Virus record (IMG/VR): IMGVR_UViG_3300036802_000003
Coordinates: 1 to 64,000 of that record
Length of the DNA: 64,000 nucleotides
Origin: a virus
Taxonomy: Duplodnaviria; Caudoviricetes
Direction: 5' to 3' (one strand)
The notes under the pieces are model-generated. The model ran no database searches. It was not told the DNA's origin and worked only from the letters and a program-made list of their open reading frames with translations. Below are positions 9,396 through 20,980 of this stretch, piece after piece (positions within the stretch are counted from its first letter, which is position 1; each line of letters starts with the position of its first letter). Both the position numbers and the translations under genes were made by a program.

Positions 9396-12300
9396 TATGA
9401 AGGTCAGATTAGGTGGTAAGTGGGTTACTGTAGCAGGTGGCGGAGTATCTCAAGAAGACCTGCAACAAGTGGTAAATGAAGCCAATGATTATGCTAACCG
9501 ATTAAAGGAACAAATAGATGACGACATCAAGGCTATGGAGGACAGCATCACAGGTCTAGAAAATAATATTGAGGGTGCATTCTCTGATGGTATTATTACT
9601 AAGACTGAAGCTAGACGTATTCAATCTTATATTAATACTTTAGATACAAACAAAGCACGCTTTGACAAAGAGTATACTAGTCTTATCAACAACCCATTCA
9701 TGAACGAAAACGATAAGCAAGGTTTAATCTCTGCTAAGGCTAGCCATGACGAGAAATTCACTTTACTTATCAAGGCTATCACTGACGCTATTGCGGATGG
9801 TAAAGCCACTGTGGAAGAAGCTAATCATGTTAATAGTAGTTTTGCTGACTACAATAATGCAGCTGCTGTGCTTACTTCTGCTATCTATGAAGCGATTGAT
9901 GATATTGCAACTAATAAAACAGGGGTAGCCCTAGAAGATGCTAAGTCATTTGCTAGCCAAGCAGCAGAGGGAGTTAAGACTATCCTAACTGCTGAAGTAC
10001 AAGGTGTTCAGAAGTCTGTAACTGACCTAGATACAGAAATCAAGGGTGCATTCCGTGATGGCATCATACAAGAGAATGAACTATCTTCTATTAAGGCTTA
10101 TTTAAATACTCTTGATACTTCTAAGCAAGGCTTAGATAAGAGATATGAGTCCACGTACAACAATGTTGACTTACCTGCACAGAACAAGACTAATCTTAAT
10201 ACCGTTAAGATTGATTATGACCGTTCTTATACTGCATTAATCAACACTATCAATGATGCTATTGTTGACCAGTTAGGTACTCCAGAAGAGCAGACTCTTA
10301 TCAATACAAAGTTTAAGGACTACAACCAAAAACTTGCGCTATTAACAACTCAATTGGAACTTGCAATTGAAGCAATTTCTAAGACTAAATCTACTAGAGC
10401 AGAAACGAATGCAAAAACATATTCTGACCAAATCAAAGGTGAGATGGCAGATGAGATTAAAGGGGTAGAAGATGCTACTACTGCATTGAAGAAGGAAATC
10501 AATACTACCTTTAAAGATGGAATCATAGATGCAAGTGAGGCACAGAAGATTAAGTCTTATATAAACTTATTGGATAACAATAAGAAAGCTTTACTAGAAA
10601 GATATACTGAGCTATACAACAACGGATTCATTTCTGCTATAGCTAAGACAACTTTAACTAGCAAGAAGACATTGTTTGACGCTAAATACAATCTTCTTAT
10701 TAGTGAGATTACTAATGCAATTGCTGATGGTAAAACTACTATGGGTGAGTCTCAAGCTGTAGACTCTGCATTCACTGTGTATAATGATGCGGTTAAAGAG
10801 TTTACAAATGCTATGGAAAAAGCAGCAGATAGCATAGCACAAGGTAAAGCAAATGCAGCAGAGTTTAACGCTGGAGAGTATGCAGATGAGGCTAGTAACC
10901 GCCTAGATGTAATTAAAGTACGATACATCAAAAATACTCTTTCGGGTAGTTCGGTTAATGCTTACAAACACTGGACTGAAATCAAAGCTATTAGTAAAGG
11001 TGTAAACGTTGCTCTATCTGGCACTGTTACTGGTAGTCCTGGTATTACAAACCTTGGCGTGGTTAATAACGACAAAGTAGATGACCAGTTTGCAGAAGAC
11101 CGTACAACAGGTGATTCATTCGTACAGATTGACTTAGGTACAATCAAGGATGATATCGACTACATTCAATTATGGCACTATTACCAAGATGCAAGACAGT
11201 ATAACGGTAACAAACTAGAGGTATCGGCTGATGGACAGAAATGGTACACTATGTTCAATAGTACTAAATCTGGTACGTACAAAGAGTCTGCTGATGGTTT
11301 CATTGTACCAATCAATGCTGGGCGTATCTATAATCACACTATGCAACGTATCACTAGTACCGAGACTCAGATAACTAATATTAATGGTGAATTACAGTCT
11401 AGAGTAAAGACTACAGTATTTGACCAAGGTATCAAGGACTCTAAGGAACATGCAGATGCAGTAGCACAGGCTATACGTAATGAGCTATCTAACTTCTCTA
11501 ACCTTATCACTACTCGCATTGATGGTATTGAAGACCAAGTGGATGGTAATATCACCACCTGGTTCTTATCTGGAGCGCCTACACTAACTAACAAACCAGC
11601 AGTAGACTGGAATACAGATGTGTTAAAGGATACTCACTTAGGTGACCTTTACTACGATTCTGCTACAGGATACTGTTACCGATTCTTGAAGACAGGTATT
11701 ATCTATGCATGGGCTAAGATAACTGACTCTGACGTTACTGAAGCCATCCAAAAAGCAGCTAAGGCACAAGATACAGCAGATGGTAAGAGACGAGTATTCG
11801 TTGTTCAACCTATTCCTCCATATGATGTAGGTGATTTATGGGCACAGGGTTCTGCTGGAGATTTAATGCGTTGTAACGTTGCTAAGGCACAAGGTGCATT
11901 GTATAATGCAGGAGACTGGAGTAAAGCTTCTAAATATGTTGACCAAAAGGCAGTAAATGATACCCTAAATCCATTCGTAACTAGATTAGAGACTGCTGAG
12001 TCATCTGTTACACAGAATGCTAGGGAAATCTCTGAACGTGTTAAGATTGATACGTATAACCAAGAGATTATTAACATCAATACTAATGTGGGTAACATCG
12101 ATACTGCACAAAAAGGCACTGCCGATAAATTAAACAAGTTGTCTATTGGTGGTCGTAACTTACTGAAGAACAGTGGTAACTTTGTTACTATTGAGAACTG
12201 GACGTCTTCTGACACTGCTACTGCTACAGTAATGCTAGATAAAGATGACCTTAAAATCAGTAAAGTGGGATTAGCTACAGCAGTTCACATTATCAACCCT

Positions 12301-15300
12301 AGCTTACAACGTGTTGAATGGGATGTTAATAAGGAGTATACTATTACTATTAGAGCTAAAGGTTCTACTGGCTTTGATCTTAGCTTAGGTATTCAGAGTG
12401 CTACTATCATTCCTCTAGGAATCGTTTCGGTAGGTGCAGTTACTACTGCATACAAGGAGTTCACTCTAACATTCAAGCCTAAGGTAACAGGTGTTGCAGA
12501 CTTCCGTATCTCAACTACTGCTATTCCTAATGGAGGAGCTTTATGGGTTGACTGGGTTAAGGTGGAAGAGGGTAACAAGCCTACCGCTTGGTCACCAGCA
12601 CCAGAGGACTTAACAGACTATGCAGATATATCTGTAAGCCAGATACTAGATTCCTCATTTGAAAGAGGTCTACGTTTCTGGAGTGCCTATAATGCAACTA
12701 TTGATGTAGGAGCACCTTTACAAAGTGGGGTGACTTACAAGACTTCTTCTGACAGCATTACTGGTAGAACTGCTTTACAAATATCTGATGCAGAAGGTTG
12801 GATATACTCTTCTAATGCTATTCCAGTAGACACAAGCCGAGTATATCGTGTTCGCTTCCGTGTTAAGAAAACACGTGATGTTGATACTGGTGGCACTAAC
12901 GTGTATGCAGGGGTTGCTACCTATGATAAGAACGGTGTGCTTCAAAGTACAGCTCCTGGTAACCACAGATACTGTGCAGCAAATGGGAAACCATTAAAGG
13001 TAGCTGATGGATGGCAGGTATTTGAAGGGTACATCACTGGTGAGGGCAATGTGACTCATAACCAATTTAGACCAGGTACAGCGTATGTAAAACCTATGTT
13101 TGTAGTGGACTATGCTAAAGGAACTGGCGGTATCAACATAATCGACCTTATGGACTTTGAAGATGTTACTGCACAGATTAAGGCACAGGACTACTCTGAA
13201 ACTAAGATAGGTGAAGCTAAGACTGCACAGGAAGCATATGCTAGAGCACAGGCAGAAGCAGCTAAGACAGTAGCTAATGCGTATGCGGATGGTATTGTTA
13301 CTGCTGAAGAGCAACGTGCAATAGATGATGCCAATGCAAAGCTACAAACAGCTAAGGCATATGCAGAGCAGAAGGCAAAAGATGCACAAGATGCAGCACA
13401 GGGCTATGTGGATGGCATTGAGATAGGAGGCACTAACCTTCTTAAGAATGCTGGATTTAAAGACAGCCTCAACTACTGGACAAATGGTGTGGGTGTTACT
13501 ATAGACCCAAGTAAAGAATTTGAAGGATACCCTACTGTAGTTAGTAACCAGACTGGTCTTCTTGATGATGCTTGGAGAGGTATTGCTAACTCTTCTTATA
13601 TGTATCCTTGTAAGCCTGGGGATAAGTTTACAGGCAGTGTCTACACTTACACTGAGAATAAAGCTGGTCTTGACAAGGGTGCTTTTGTCCTAGTAGACTT
13701 CTATGACATAAACGGGGTTAGAATTACTGGATGGTCATTTACTTCTATAGTTCCTACTAAAGATATGGAATGGCAACGTTTCACAGTGAACGGTATTGCT
13801 CCAGTAAATGCAGTTAAGGCTCGTATATGGGCATATGTCAGCCGTAATGGTAAATTATGGTTTGCTAAACCTCAGTTGGAAAAAGGGGATAAATCTACTG
13901 CATGGGGGCTTGCTCCAGAGGATTTAGTAGAAGCTATTGGAAACATCAAGGTGGGTGGACGTAACCTTCTTAATAGGTCTGACATTCTTAATACTGTCTG
14001 GGGTTCTGATATGGGCACTACCCTAACTAGATCTATCATAACAGTTGGTACAGAGAAAGCAGTTGAAATTAAGGTTAATACTGCTATAGCAGGCACTTTC
14101 GCCAACGCATACCTTTGGTTAGAGGGTAACTGGGAGAAAGGTCTAGATGCTAATAAAGAGTATACTTTAAGTGCTGACCTTAAAGCTCCTAAATCTGGTG
14201 CATTTATGAAGACTAGAGATGAACCACAAACTAAGATGAATCAAGCAGATGTACCCGTATCAGCAGGATTCATAAGAGTTTCTCTTAGTTTCAAATATTC
14301 TACTGCCCTTTCTAGAATGCTACTAGTCTTTGACATACCTAAAGCATGGGCTATAGGAGATGCTTTAGTTGTTAAGAACTTTAAGCTAGAAGAGGGTAAC
14401 AAGATGACAGACTGGACACCTTCTATTACTGATGTTAATAAGCTTATATCGGATGTGGACACTAAGGCTCAGAATGTTACTAATAAGGTAGACGATATGT
14501 CAGCAGATGGAAAGCTAACTCCTCTAGAGAAACAAGAGACTAAGAAGGATTGGGATATTATTACTGGAGAGTATAATAATTTATACACTCAAGCTGATGC
14601 TTTCAAAATCACTACTGAGAAATCTGCATACAAGGGCAGGTATGATGAGTTGAATACCTACCTTACCCCTTTGCTTGCTAAGATGAATGAGACATCAGAC
14701 ATTACAAGAGCTGACTATAGACTAAAATTCAAGAACTATTTTGAAAATAAGTCTGCACTAGCAAAAGCTATCTCTGATGCATCTAAGTCTCAGATTGACA
14801 GTATTTCAGTAGGTGGTCGTAACGTTGTCTTAGGTACGGCAACACCTAAGTTTATTGTAGGTAACAACACTGCCAACCAGACTACCAACATCTATAACTT
14901 TGCAGGAGGTAGCTCTCAAAAGATTATGGGTAAGGAAGTGTCTATTGCTTTTGACTGGGTAATAGAAGGAACTGCTGGTGGTACCCTGTACCTGCAAGGT
15001 AGTAACCCTTATCATACCATTGCAGATAAGATTACTTTCTCCTCTTCTAATGCTAGTGGAAGATATACAGTTACTAGAATTATCCCAGCAGGAAGCCCAT
15101 TTACTTCTATTAATATGCGTTTAGATGGAGTGCCTGTAGGAGCTAAGGTTACCATCTCCAATCTTAAGATTGAGCTAGGTAACCGTATCACTGACTGGAC
15201 TCCTGCTCCAGAGGATATAGACCAGTTAATAGCAGATACTAACAAAAAGGCGGATGACCTACAAGCTAGCGTGAATGATATGTCTGATGACAATAAGCTT

Positions 15301-18300
15301 ACTCCTAGTGAGAAATCCTTATTGAAAAAGGACTGGGATTCTATCGTTGGTGAGTATCCTACCATCTCCGCACAAGCGGATGCATTTGGAGCAGTAGCAG
15401 AGAAGGATAACTACAAGAAAGCTTATGATGCTCTTAAGCTTCTTATAGAGACTCCTCTTGCGGATGTTACTACTACATCTCCTGTAAACGGTGCTGACAT
15501 GAGAAACAAATTCAAGGACTATGCTGACAAGAAATCTAAGCTATTAAGATACCTGTCAGATGCAGCTAAGTCCCAAATAGACGGCATTAATGTTGGTGGA
15601 CGTAACTTAGTCTCTGGTACAATGTTCAAAGACTCTGTTGGATGGACTAGGTGGAGTAACCTTGAGACTGTAGGAGTTCGTAATGATCCCTTTAACAACT
15701 TTGACTTCCTAGTAACAGAGACTAAAGTAAATGGAGCTAACTCAACCGTACCTACTGGTACAGCCATAGGTATGAGAGGTATTGCACGTCCATTCCCTGT
15801 TAAAAAGGATAATCAATATACAGTGTCTATGGTTGTCGCTACTAGTGAGATTGGCAACATGCTTAACTATACCTATATCATGTATAGTGATGGTTCAGGG
15901 GTTAACCAAAGAATACCAGATATTAAGGTTGATAGCTTCCCTAAATATAGCCTTATAGCTTCTGGGTCAGCAACTTACTTCTATAAGGTGTCCTTTACTT
16001 TCACAGCCAGCAAGGATGACAAAATAGCTCATCTATTGATAGGGGGGTCAGTAGCTAGAGATTTACCTACTGCTTCTAACAATGCATATGCTTGGATTCG
16101 AGTAGCATACCTTAAAGTAGAGGAAGGTAATAGACCTACTGCATGGACACCATCCTTTGAAGATGTATTTGGGGATATTAAGTCAGCAGATGACAAGGCA
16201 CAGGCAGTACAGAACTCTGTAAACGATATGTCTGCGGATAACAAAATGACTGCCCTAGAGAAGCACCAAGCTAGTAAAGACTGGGAAGGGGTTAAAGCCG
16301 AGTACCCTATAGTAGCTGCACAGGCAGATGCCTACAGCAAGACTGCTGAAAAGACTGCTTATACGACTGCTTATACTGCACTGAAAAACTATATTGAACC
16401 TATTTTAGTTAAGCTAAATGAGACTTCTGATATAGATGGCAACAACTACCGAGGACTATGGAAGAATTATTCCGATACTAAATCTAAGCTACTAAGAGCA
16501 GTTACGGATGGCTCTAAGGATGCCATTGACAATGTATCTGTTGGTGGTAGAAACCTAATCCTAGGCTCTCATAAGGACTTCTCAACAACAGACTATCTAA
16601 TCAACCAGTACATGCTATCTGAGAACTGGATAGCTGGTCAGGAGTATACTTTTGTTATAAAAGGCACTGTCCCAGCAGGTCAGAAGTTTGGTATATGGAT
16701 GAATGGTGGCTCTAATAACGTTGGGTACGTAGATATTACTCAAAAATCCCAGACACTATATACAGGGGTATATTTTGTTACATTTAAAGCCATAGCTACT
16801 ACTTCTGGTAATGAGAGAATCATCAACCTGTATAATGTCCCAAGTAACACTACTGCATCTACTGTAGATTGGGTTGCATTGTATAGAGGTAATAAGCCTA
16901 TGGACTGGACACCTGCTCCAGAAGAGGTACAGGGTAATATTGACAATATCCAAGTGGGTAGCCGTAACTACCTTGCCAATGGTGACTTCAGTACCCCTAT
17001 TGTAGATGACCCTAATACTGCCTATTATGCTAAAGGGGACGTAACAGAGATTGTGGACATCACTAATGAGACTCCCCCACATAAGAAGGCTCTACACTGT
17101 AAGAACACTGCTGCTAAGAATAATGGTCAGTCCACCATGCCTATCTTCATAGGAGGCGCTGCTAGTGACTTGTTTGGTAAGGAAGTTACAATTAGTGCAT
17201 GGATAAAGTACCAAAACGTAGTTCTAGGGGTTAACTCTTGGAACAAACTACGTGCAGTTGAATTAGTAATAGAATATAAGAAAGCTGATGGCACATCATT
17301 CTATGACTACCCAAGCATTATAAGTGCTGTAGGTACGGACATGACTTGGAAAAAGGTGTTCAGAACTGTCAAGTTAAACCACCCAGACGCTAAGAGTGTA
17401 GTTAAAGTTTCTTATAAATCTATGCTTGAGGGCTGTATCGGGGAGTTCTGGATTACTGGTCAGAAGATAGAGATTGGTAACAAGGTTACTGACTGGACAC
17501 CAATGCCTGAAGAGGTTAACAACGTTATCTCTACCATTACAACTCGTGTTGGTTCTGTAGAGGCTACTACTAAAAACTTAGGAGACCAGCTTCTTAGTAA
17601 AGTAGAGAGCACTGACGTATATACCAAGCAAGAGGTACTAGGTAAACTTGCAGAAGGTGAAATCTATCTAAAAGGTACTGGTCTAAACCACGGTGGAAAC
17701 CGAGTACTAAAGGTAAATGGAGCTACTAAGTATGATAGTAATGCTACTCGTGGTTTACGCTTACTGACTTTGAGTAGAGCAAACTTAGCAACAGTAGAGG
17801 ACATCAACTATGATGTATATGCAAGTGATGCTCAACAGATTGCCCTATCTGATAAGCTGAAATCTTTAGGTAATAACGTCTTGGTCACTCTTACATCTTA
17901 CGATGCAATTAACATGACTACTAACACTGGATTGCTAGATACCCTAGCTGACTTTGGGGGTTCTGGTCAAGAGCTACGAGGTAGATTCCCATTTGCATTT
18001 ATAGGTCTTAAGGGTCTTGGTAAAGGGTCTGGTATTGAGGTATCAACTGGTTTAGACCAAACGAAAACACCTGTAGCAGAGGTGTTTACTAAGGTATCAT
18101 CAGGTATACCACAAGGATTCAATACTTCCTCTAAGGTACTAAATGATACGGTAAGTACTATCACTACTAGAGTAACTACTGCCGAGTCTACAATCAGTCA
18201 GCATTCCAAGAGTATTGACCTAAAAGTAAATGTTGATGGAGTTATTGCAGCTATCAACCTCTCTCCTGAAATTGGGAAGGGTGTACTAATCCAAGGGGAG

Positions 18301-20187
18301 AACATCATGCTTGATGGTAAGGTAAAAGCTAGACACCTTGCAGTGACGGACTTAGCTAACATCGTTGGGAACAGTGATTTAAAGGACGGTTTGCAAGGCT
18401 TCAGTGCAGGTACTTTGATTAAGAAGGCTAATGCAAATAGAGCCAATGAGGTACCAACTGACTATGTTATAGAGCATAATGGCAGAGACATGTACTATGG
18501 TGACTGGTTCCCTATCAACAAAGAGGAAGTATTCTCTTGCTCTATGATGGCTAAGCAAATTGCAGGTACGGCAGTAGGGGGCATAGGTCTGGCATTCCAA
18601 TCAATTAACTCTGCTGGTACTGTTACTCAGAGTGGTTGGATTAAGGGTACCACTTTTGCCAATGACACAGACATACCTAACACTCCTTGGAAGACACAAC
18701 AGGGTCTAGTTACTGCCCCAAGCTGGGCAACACATGCTAGGGTATGGGTGCAGATAGATCAGCCTAATGGTACCACTACTACTAAGTGGCAATTCACTTT
18801 ACCTACAGTTAGACGTACTGGTTTACTAACATTCGACCAAGCAAAAGGGGGTACTCTTGAACTAGGTGAGGGTGGACGTGGAGTACTTCGTGTATATGCA
18901 ACTGTCAATGGTAACCAAGATACAGTGGGTCAGATTGATGAGAACGGTGCTAGCTTCACTAGGGTTAGAACTAATATCTTGGATGTGTCTGGTACCCTTA
19001 ATGCTCCTAATATAGTAACTAGTAATAAAGGTTGGATGGAAGTGTTCGTAGACCCAGCCAACAACAATAACTATTCTCCAGATGGTACTCAAGCTAGACC
19101 TTACAAGACTATGAGGGATGCCATAAATAGTATACCTAAGTATCTTGAAGGGGATGTGGAAATCAAACTACAGAGTGATGTATATGAGCAATGGGTAGAC
19201 ATCAAAGGTTTTGTGGGAGCAGGCGGAGTAGGGGGAGCCAATGGTATCTTCATTAGAGCAGGTACTAATGGAAGAAAAACTATCTGGGGCGGTATCAGAT
19301 GCTGGTTCAATAGCTGTCATGTGTATATACAGGACACTAATATCAGTAGTAGTGTGCAGGATGCTAATGGGGTTCTGGAAGTTTATGGTAGTGCTAAAGT
19401 ATCAGCATGGAACTGCAACTTCACTGGCAATAACAAAACTAGAGCATGTGTCTACTGTGATACTAGTAATGTGATTGTGAATGGATGCGAGATGTATGAC
19501 GCTTGGGATATGGTTAGATGTGTGAGAGGTTATCTGTGCATCCTAGACTGTCGTGGAGGTAACTGTACTACTGTATTCTCTGTTAGTGCTGGTACTATTC
19601 AAGGTGGAGGAACTAGACCAGGATTTAAGAGTGGAGGTTCAGAGAGATATGCAGACCAAGGAGGCTTCATAAGTGGTGCATGGACAGAGAACACAGGTTC
19701 TTGGGTTAAACCTACTCCCCCAGTCACTATACAAGAAGCCTTCATTGAGCCTAATGGTGCTAAATCATGGCGTGAAAACTATGGTGGACAATGGTATCGT
19801 GATGAAGTCCTACAAGGTACATGGGATGGATGGGGTAACTACAGAGGGTGCTGGTTCTTTGGTAACAAGTTTGACTTCCTGAAAGGTAAGACTATCTTGG
19901 ATATGACAATATACATCAAACGCTTAAATAGTGGTGGAGCTAGTGCTGCACAACAGGTTAGCATACGTACTCATGACCTACTTAGCCAACCAGCAGGTGT
20001 ACCTCCGTTATCTAACCCTGTAACAGGTAACTTCTTTGCATGGGGTGAAGGAAAGTGGATTAACGTTAAGGCTCTTGCTGGTAGCTTCCAGACAGGGAAT
20101 GCTAAAGGATTTGGTATATATGCTGATGCAGGCTCTCCTTATATGATATTTGATGCTTGGTGTCAGGTTTGGGTTAAGTACCAATAA
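9388..20187 (+). CDS. Giant modular tail fibre / receptor-binding protein (3599 aa)
   Basis: Helical repeats, discoidin-like domain, seven G(G/S)(R/T)N...GN(K/R)xTxW.P carbohydrate-binding-like modules, ILEI-like domain, Cys-rich beta-helix-like C-terminal region. Confidence 0.85.
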   Translation: MASMKVRLGGKWVTVAGGGVSQEDLQQVVNEANDYANRLKEQIDDDIKAMEDSITGLENNIEGAFSDGIITKTEARRIQSYINTLDTNKARFDKEYTSLINNPFMNENDKQGLISAKASHDEKFTLLIKAITDAIADGKATVEEANHVNSSFADYNNAAAVLTSAIYEAIDDIATNKTGVALEDAKSFASQAAEGVKTILTAEVQGVQKSVTDLDTEIKGAFRDGIIQENELSSIKAYLNTLDTSKQGLDKRYESTYNNVDLPAQNKTNLNTVKIDYDRSYTALINTINDAIVDQLGTPEEQTLINTKFKDYNQKLALLTTQLELAIEAISKTKSTRAETNAKTYSDQIKGEMADEIKGVEDATTALKKEINTTFKDGIIDASEAQKIKSYINLLDNNKKALLERYTELYNNGFISAIAKTTLTSKKTLFDAKYNLLISEITNAIADGKTTMGESQAVDSAFTVYNDAVKEFTNAMEKAADSIAQGKANAAEFNAGEYADEASNRLDVIKVRYIKNTLSGSSVNAYKHWTEIKAISKGVNVALSGTVTGSPGITNLGVVNNDKVDDQFAEDRTTGDSFVQIDLGTIKDDIDYIQLWHYYQDARQYNGNKLEVSADGQKWYTMFNSTKSGTYKESADGFIVPINAGRIYNHTMQRITSTETQITNINGELQSRVKTTVFDQGIKDSKEHADAVAQAIRNELSNFSNLITTRIDGIEDQVDGNITTWFLSGAPTLTNKPAVDWNTDVLKDTHLGDLYYDSATGYCYRFLKTGIIYAWAKITDSDVTEAIQKAAKAQDTADGKRRVFVVQPIPPYDVGDLWAQGSAGDLMRCNVAKAQGALYNAGDWSKASKYVDQKAVNDTLNPFVTRLETAESSVTQNAREISERVKIDTYNQEIININTNVGNIDTAQKGTADKLNKLSIGGRNLLKNSGNFVTIENWTSSDTATATVMLDKDDLKISKVGLATAVHIINPSLQRVEWDVNKEYTITIRAKGSTGFDLSLGIQSATIIPLGIVSVGAVTTAYKEFTLTFKPKVTGVADFRISTTAIPNGGALWVDWVKVEEGNKPTAWSPAPEDLTDYADISVSQILDSSFERGLRFWSAYNATIDVGAPLQSGVTYKTSSDSITGRTALQISDAEGWIYSSNAIPVDTSRVYRVRFRVKKTRDVDTGGTNVYAGVATYDKNGVLQSTAPGNHRYCAANGKPLKVADGWQVFEGYITGEGNVTHNQFRPGTAYVKPMFVVDYAKGTGGINIIDLMDFEDVTAQIKAQDYSETKIGEAKTAQEAYARAQAEAAKTVANAYADGIVTAEEQRAIDDANAKLQTAKAYAEQKAKDAQDAAQGYVDGIEIGGTNLLKNAGFKDSLNYWTNGVGVTIDPSKEFEGYPTVVSNQTGLLDDAWRGIANSSYMYPCKPGDKFTGSVYTYTENKAGLDKGAFVLVDFYDINGVRITGWSFTSIVPTKDMEWQRFTVNGIAPVNAVKARIWAYVSRNGKLWFAKPQLEKGDKSTAWGLAPEDLVEAIGNIKVGGRNLLNRSDILNTVWGSDMGTTLTRSIITVGTEKAVEIKVNTAIAGTFANAYLWLEGNWEKGLDANKEYTLSADLKAPKSGAFMKTRDEPQTKMNQADVPVSAGFIRVSLSFKYSTALSRMLLVFDIPKAWAIGDALVVKNFKLEEGNKMTDWTPSITDVNKLISDVDTKAQNVTNKVDDMSADGKLTPLEKQETKKDWDIITGEYNNLYTQADAFKITTEKSAYKGRYDELNTYLTPLLAKMNETSDITRADYRLKFKNYFENKSALAKAISDASKSQIDSISVGGRNVVLGTATPKFIVGNNTANQTTNIYNFAGGSSQKIMGKEVSIAFDWVIEGTAGGTLYLQGSNPYHTIADKITFSSSNASGRYTVTRIIPAGSPFTSINMRLDGVPVGAKVTISNLKIELGNRITDWTPAPEDIDQLIADTNKKADDLQASVNDMSDDNKLTPSEKSLLKKDWDSIVGEYPTISAQADAFGAVAEKDNYKKAYDALKLLIETPLADVTTTSPVNGADMRNKFKDYADKKSKLLRYLSDAAKSQIDGINVGGRNLVSGTMFKDSVGWTRWSNLETVGVRNDPFNNFDFLVTETKVNGANSTVPTGTAIGMRGIARPFPVKKDNQYTVSMVVATSEIGNMLNYTYIMYSDGSGVNQRIPDIKVDSFPKYSLIASGSATYFYKVSFTFTASKDDKIAHLLIGGSVARDLPTASNNAYAWIRVAYLKVEEGNRPTAWTPSFEDVFGDIKSADDKAQAVQNSVNDMSADNKMTALEKHQASKDWEGVKAEYPIVAAQADAYSKTAEKTAYTTAYTALKNYIEPILVKLNETSDIDGNNYRGLWKNYSDTKSKLLRAVTDGSKDAIDNVSVGGRNLILGSHKDFSTTDYLINQYMLSENWIAGQEYTFVIKGTVPAGQKFGIWMNGGSNNVGYVDITQKSQTLYTGVYFVTFKAIATTSGNERIINLYNVPSNTTASTVDWVALYRGNKPMDWTPAPEEVQGNIDNIQVGSRNYLANGDFSTPIVDDPNTAYYAKGDVTEIVDITNETPPHKKALHCKNTAAKNNGQSTMPIFIGGAASDLFGKEVTISAWIKYQNVVLGVNSWNKLRAVELVIEYKKADGTSFYDYPSIISAVGTDMTWKKVFRTVKLNHPDAKSVVKVSYKSMLEGCIGEFWITGQKIEIGNKVTDWTPMPEEVNNVISTITTRVGSVEATTKNLGDQLLSKVESTDVYTKQEVLGKLAEGEIYLKGTGLNHGGNRVLKVNGATKYDSNATRGLRLLTLSRANLATVEDINYDVYASDAQQIALSDKLKSLGNNVLVTLTSYDAINMTTNTGLLDTLADFGGSGQELRGRFPFAFIGLKGLGKGSGIEVSTGLDQTKTPVAEVFTKVSSGIPQGFNTSSKVLNDTVSTITTRVTTAESTISQHSKSIDLKVNVDGVIAAINLSPEIGKGVLIQGENIMLDGKVKARHLAVTDLANIVGNSDLKDGLQGFSAGTLIKKANANRANEVPTDYVIEHNGRDMYYGDWFPINKEEVFSCSMMAKQIAGTAVGGIGLAFQSINSAGTVTQSGWIKGTTFANDTDIPNTPWKTQQGLVTAPSWATHARVWVQIDQPNGTTTTKWQFTLPTVRRTGLLTFDQAKGGTLELGEGGRGVLRVYATVNGNQDTVGQIDENGASFTRVRTNILDVSGTLNAPNIVTSNKGWMEVFVDPANNNNYSPDGTQARPYKTMRDAINSIPKYLEGDVEIKLQSDVYEQWVDIKGFVGAGGVGGANGIFIRAGTNGRKTIWGGIRCWFNSCHVYIQDTNISSSVQDANGVLEVYGSAKVSAWNCNFTGNNKTRACVYCDTSNVIVNGCEMYDAWDMVRCVRGYLCILDCRGGNCTTVFSVSAGTIQGGGTRPGFKSGGSERYADQGGFISGAWTENTGSWVKPTPPVTIQEAFIEPNGAKSWRENYGGQWYRDEVLQGTWDGWGNYRGCWFFGNKFDFLKGKTILDMTIYIKRLNSGGASAAQQVSIRTHDLLSQPAGVPPLSNPVTGNFFAWGEGKWINVKALAGSFQTGNAKGFGIYADAGSPYMIFDAWCQVWVKYQ

Positions 20188-20242
20188 GTTGATTTTTATA
20201 ATGGAGGGGTTATTACAACCCTCCATCTACATATAGGAAGGA

Positions 20243-20710
20243 GTGGTAATGGTGAAAGTACTAATCTATCATGTAGAAAACGGTGAACCAGTTAAGGGTA
20301 TGAGATTAGAAGGTCTTCAAAACATTAGGGTATCTGATGATGAAAAGACCATCTACCACTCTACAGGCTCTTGTGAGGGTATTAAGGGAAGTCTCCTTAT
20401 CCTACCAGACGATGTAGACTTTGACTCTTCTTTCTTAGACTTGAGACGTAGAGCTTACTCTACATCTTTATTCAAAGGGGATAACCTTATGGATAGCTTC
20501 AAGCAAATGCTTGAGATGGTACAGGGGATGAATAACTTTCAAGTACAGCAAACTATGGAAACAGATGCTAAAACAGAGGTTCTGCAAGTCGTTTGTGACT
20601 ATGTTATGTCTGCTATTGAAGGTATGCAACTGACTATTGATGAGCAAGCTAAGAGGATTGAAGCCCTGGAACAAGGCAAACCTATCACAGCAGTAGGAAA
20701 AGGAGTGTAA
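20243..20710 (+). CDS. Putative tail fibre-associated protein/chaperone
   Basis: Directly after the fibre gene; C-terminal coiled coil; RBS AAGGAG. Confidence 0.55.
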   Translation: MVMVKVLIYHVENGEPVKGMRLEGLQNIRVSDDEKTIYHSTGSCEGIKGSLLILPDDVDFDSSFLDLRRRAYSTSLFKGDNLMDSFKQMLEMVQGMNNFQVQQTMETDAKTEVLQVVCDYVMSAIEGMQLTIDEQAKRIEALEQGKPITAVGKGV

Positions 20711-20713
20711 GCA

Positions 20714-20980
20714 ATGGCTGAATTAACTAATGGAACAAGTGGAATAGGCGGAAAACTAGTCGGTGATGAGTGGTATCCTTACTATGAGCCAGGCTGGACT
20801 GCTAAAGACCAAGCATGGTGTTGTAACCTAGTGAATCGATATAAAGTACCTATTTCAGTAATAACTCCGTTATATCGTACTATCATTGAGCAAGGCAAGT
20901 GTAATACTTTTGAAGCTGAGCACCAACGATATAAAGAGTTCCTAGCAGAGCATGGCATCGACCCATGGAACCCTAGATAA
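20714..20980 (+). CDS. Hypothetical protein
   Basis: 88-aa ORF with RBS AAGGAG. Confidence 0.65.
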   Translation: MAELTNGTSGIGGKLVGDEWYPYYEPGWTAKDQAWCCNLVNRYKVPISVITPLYRTIIEQGKCNTFEAEHQRYKEFLAEHGIDPWNPR

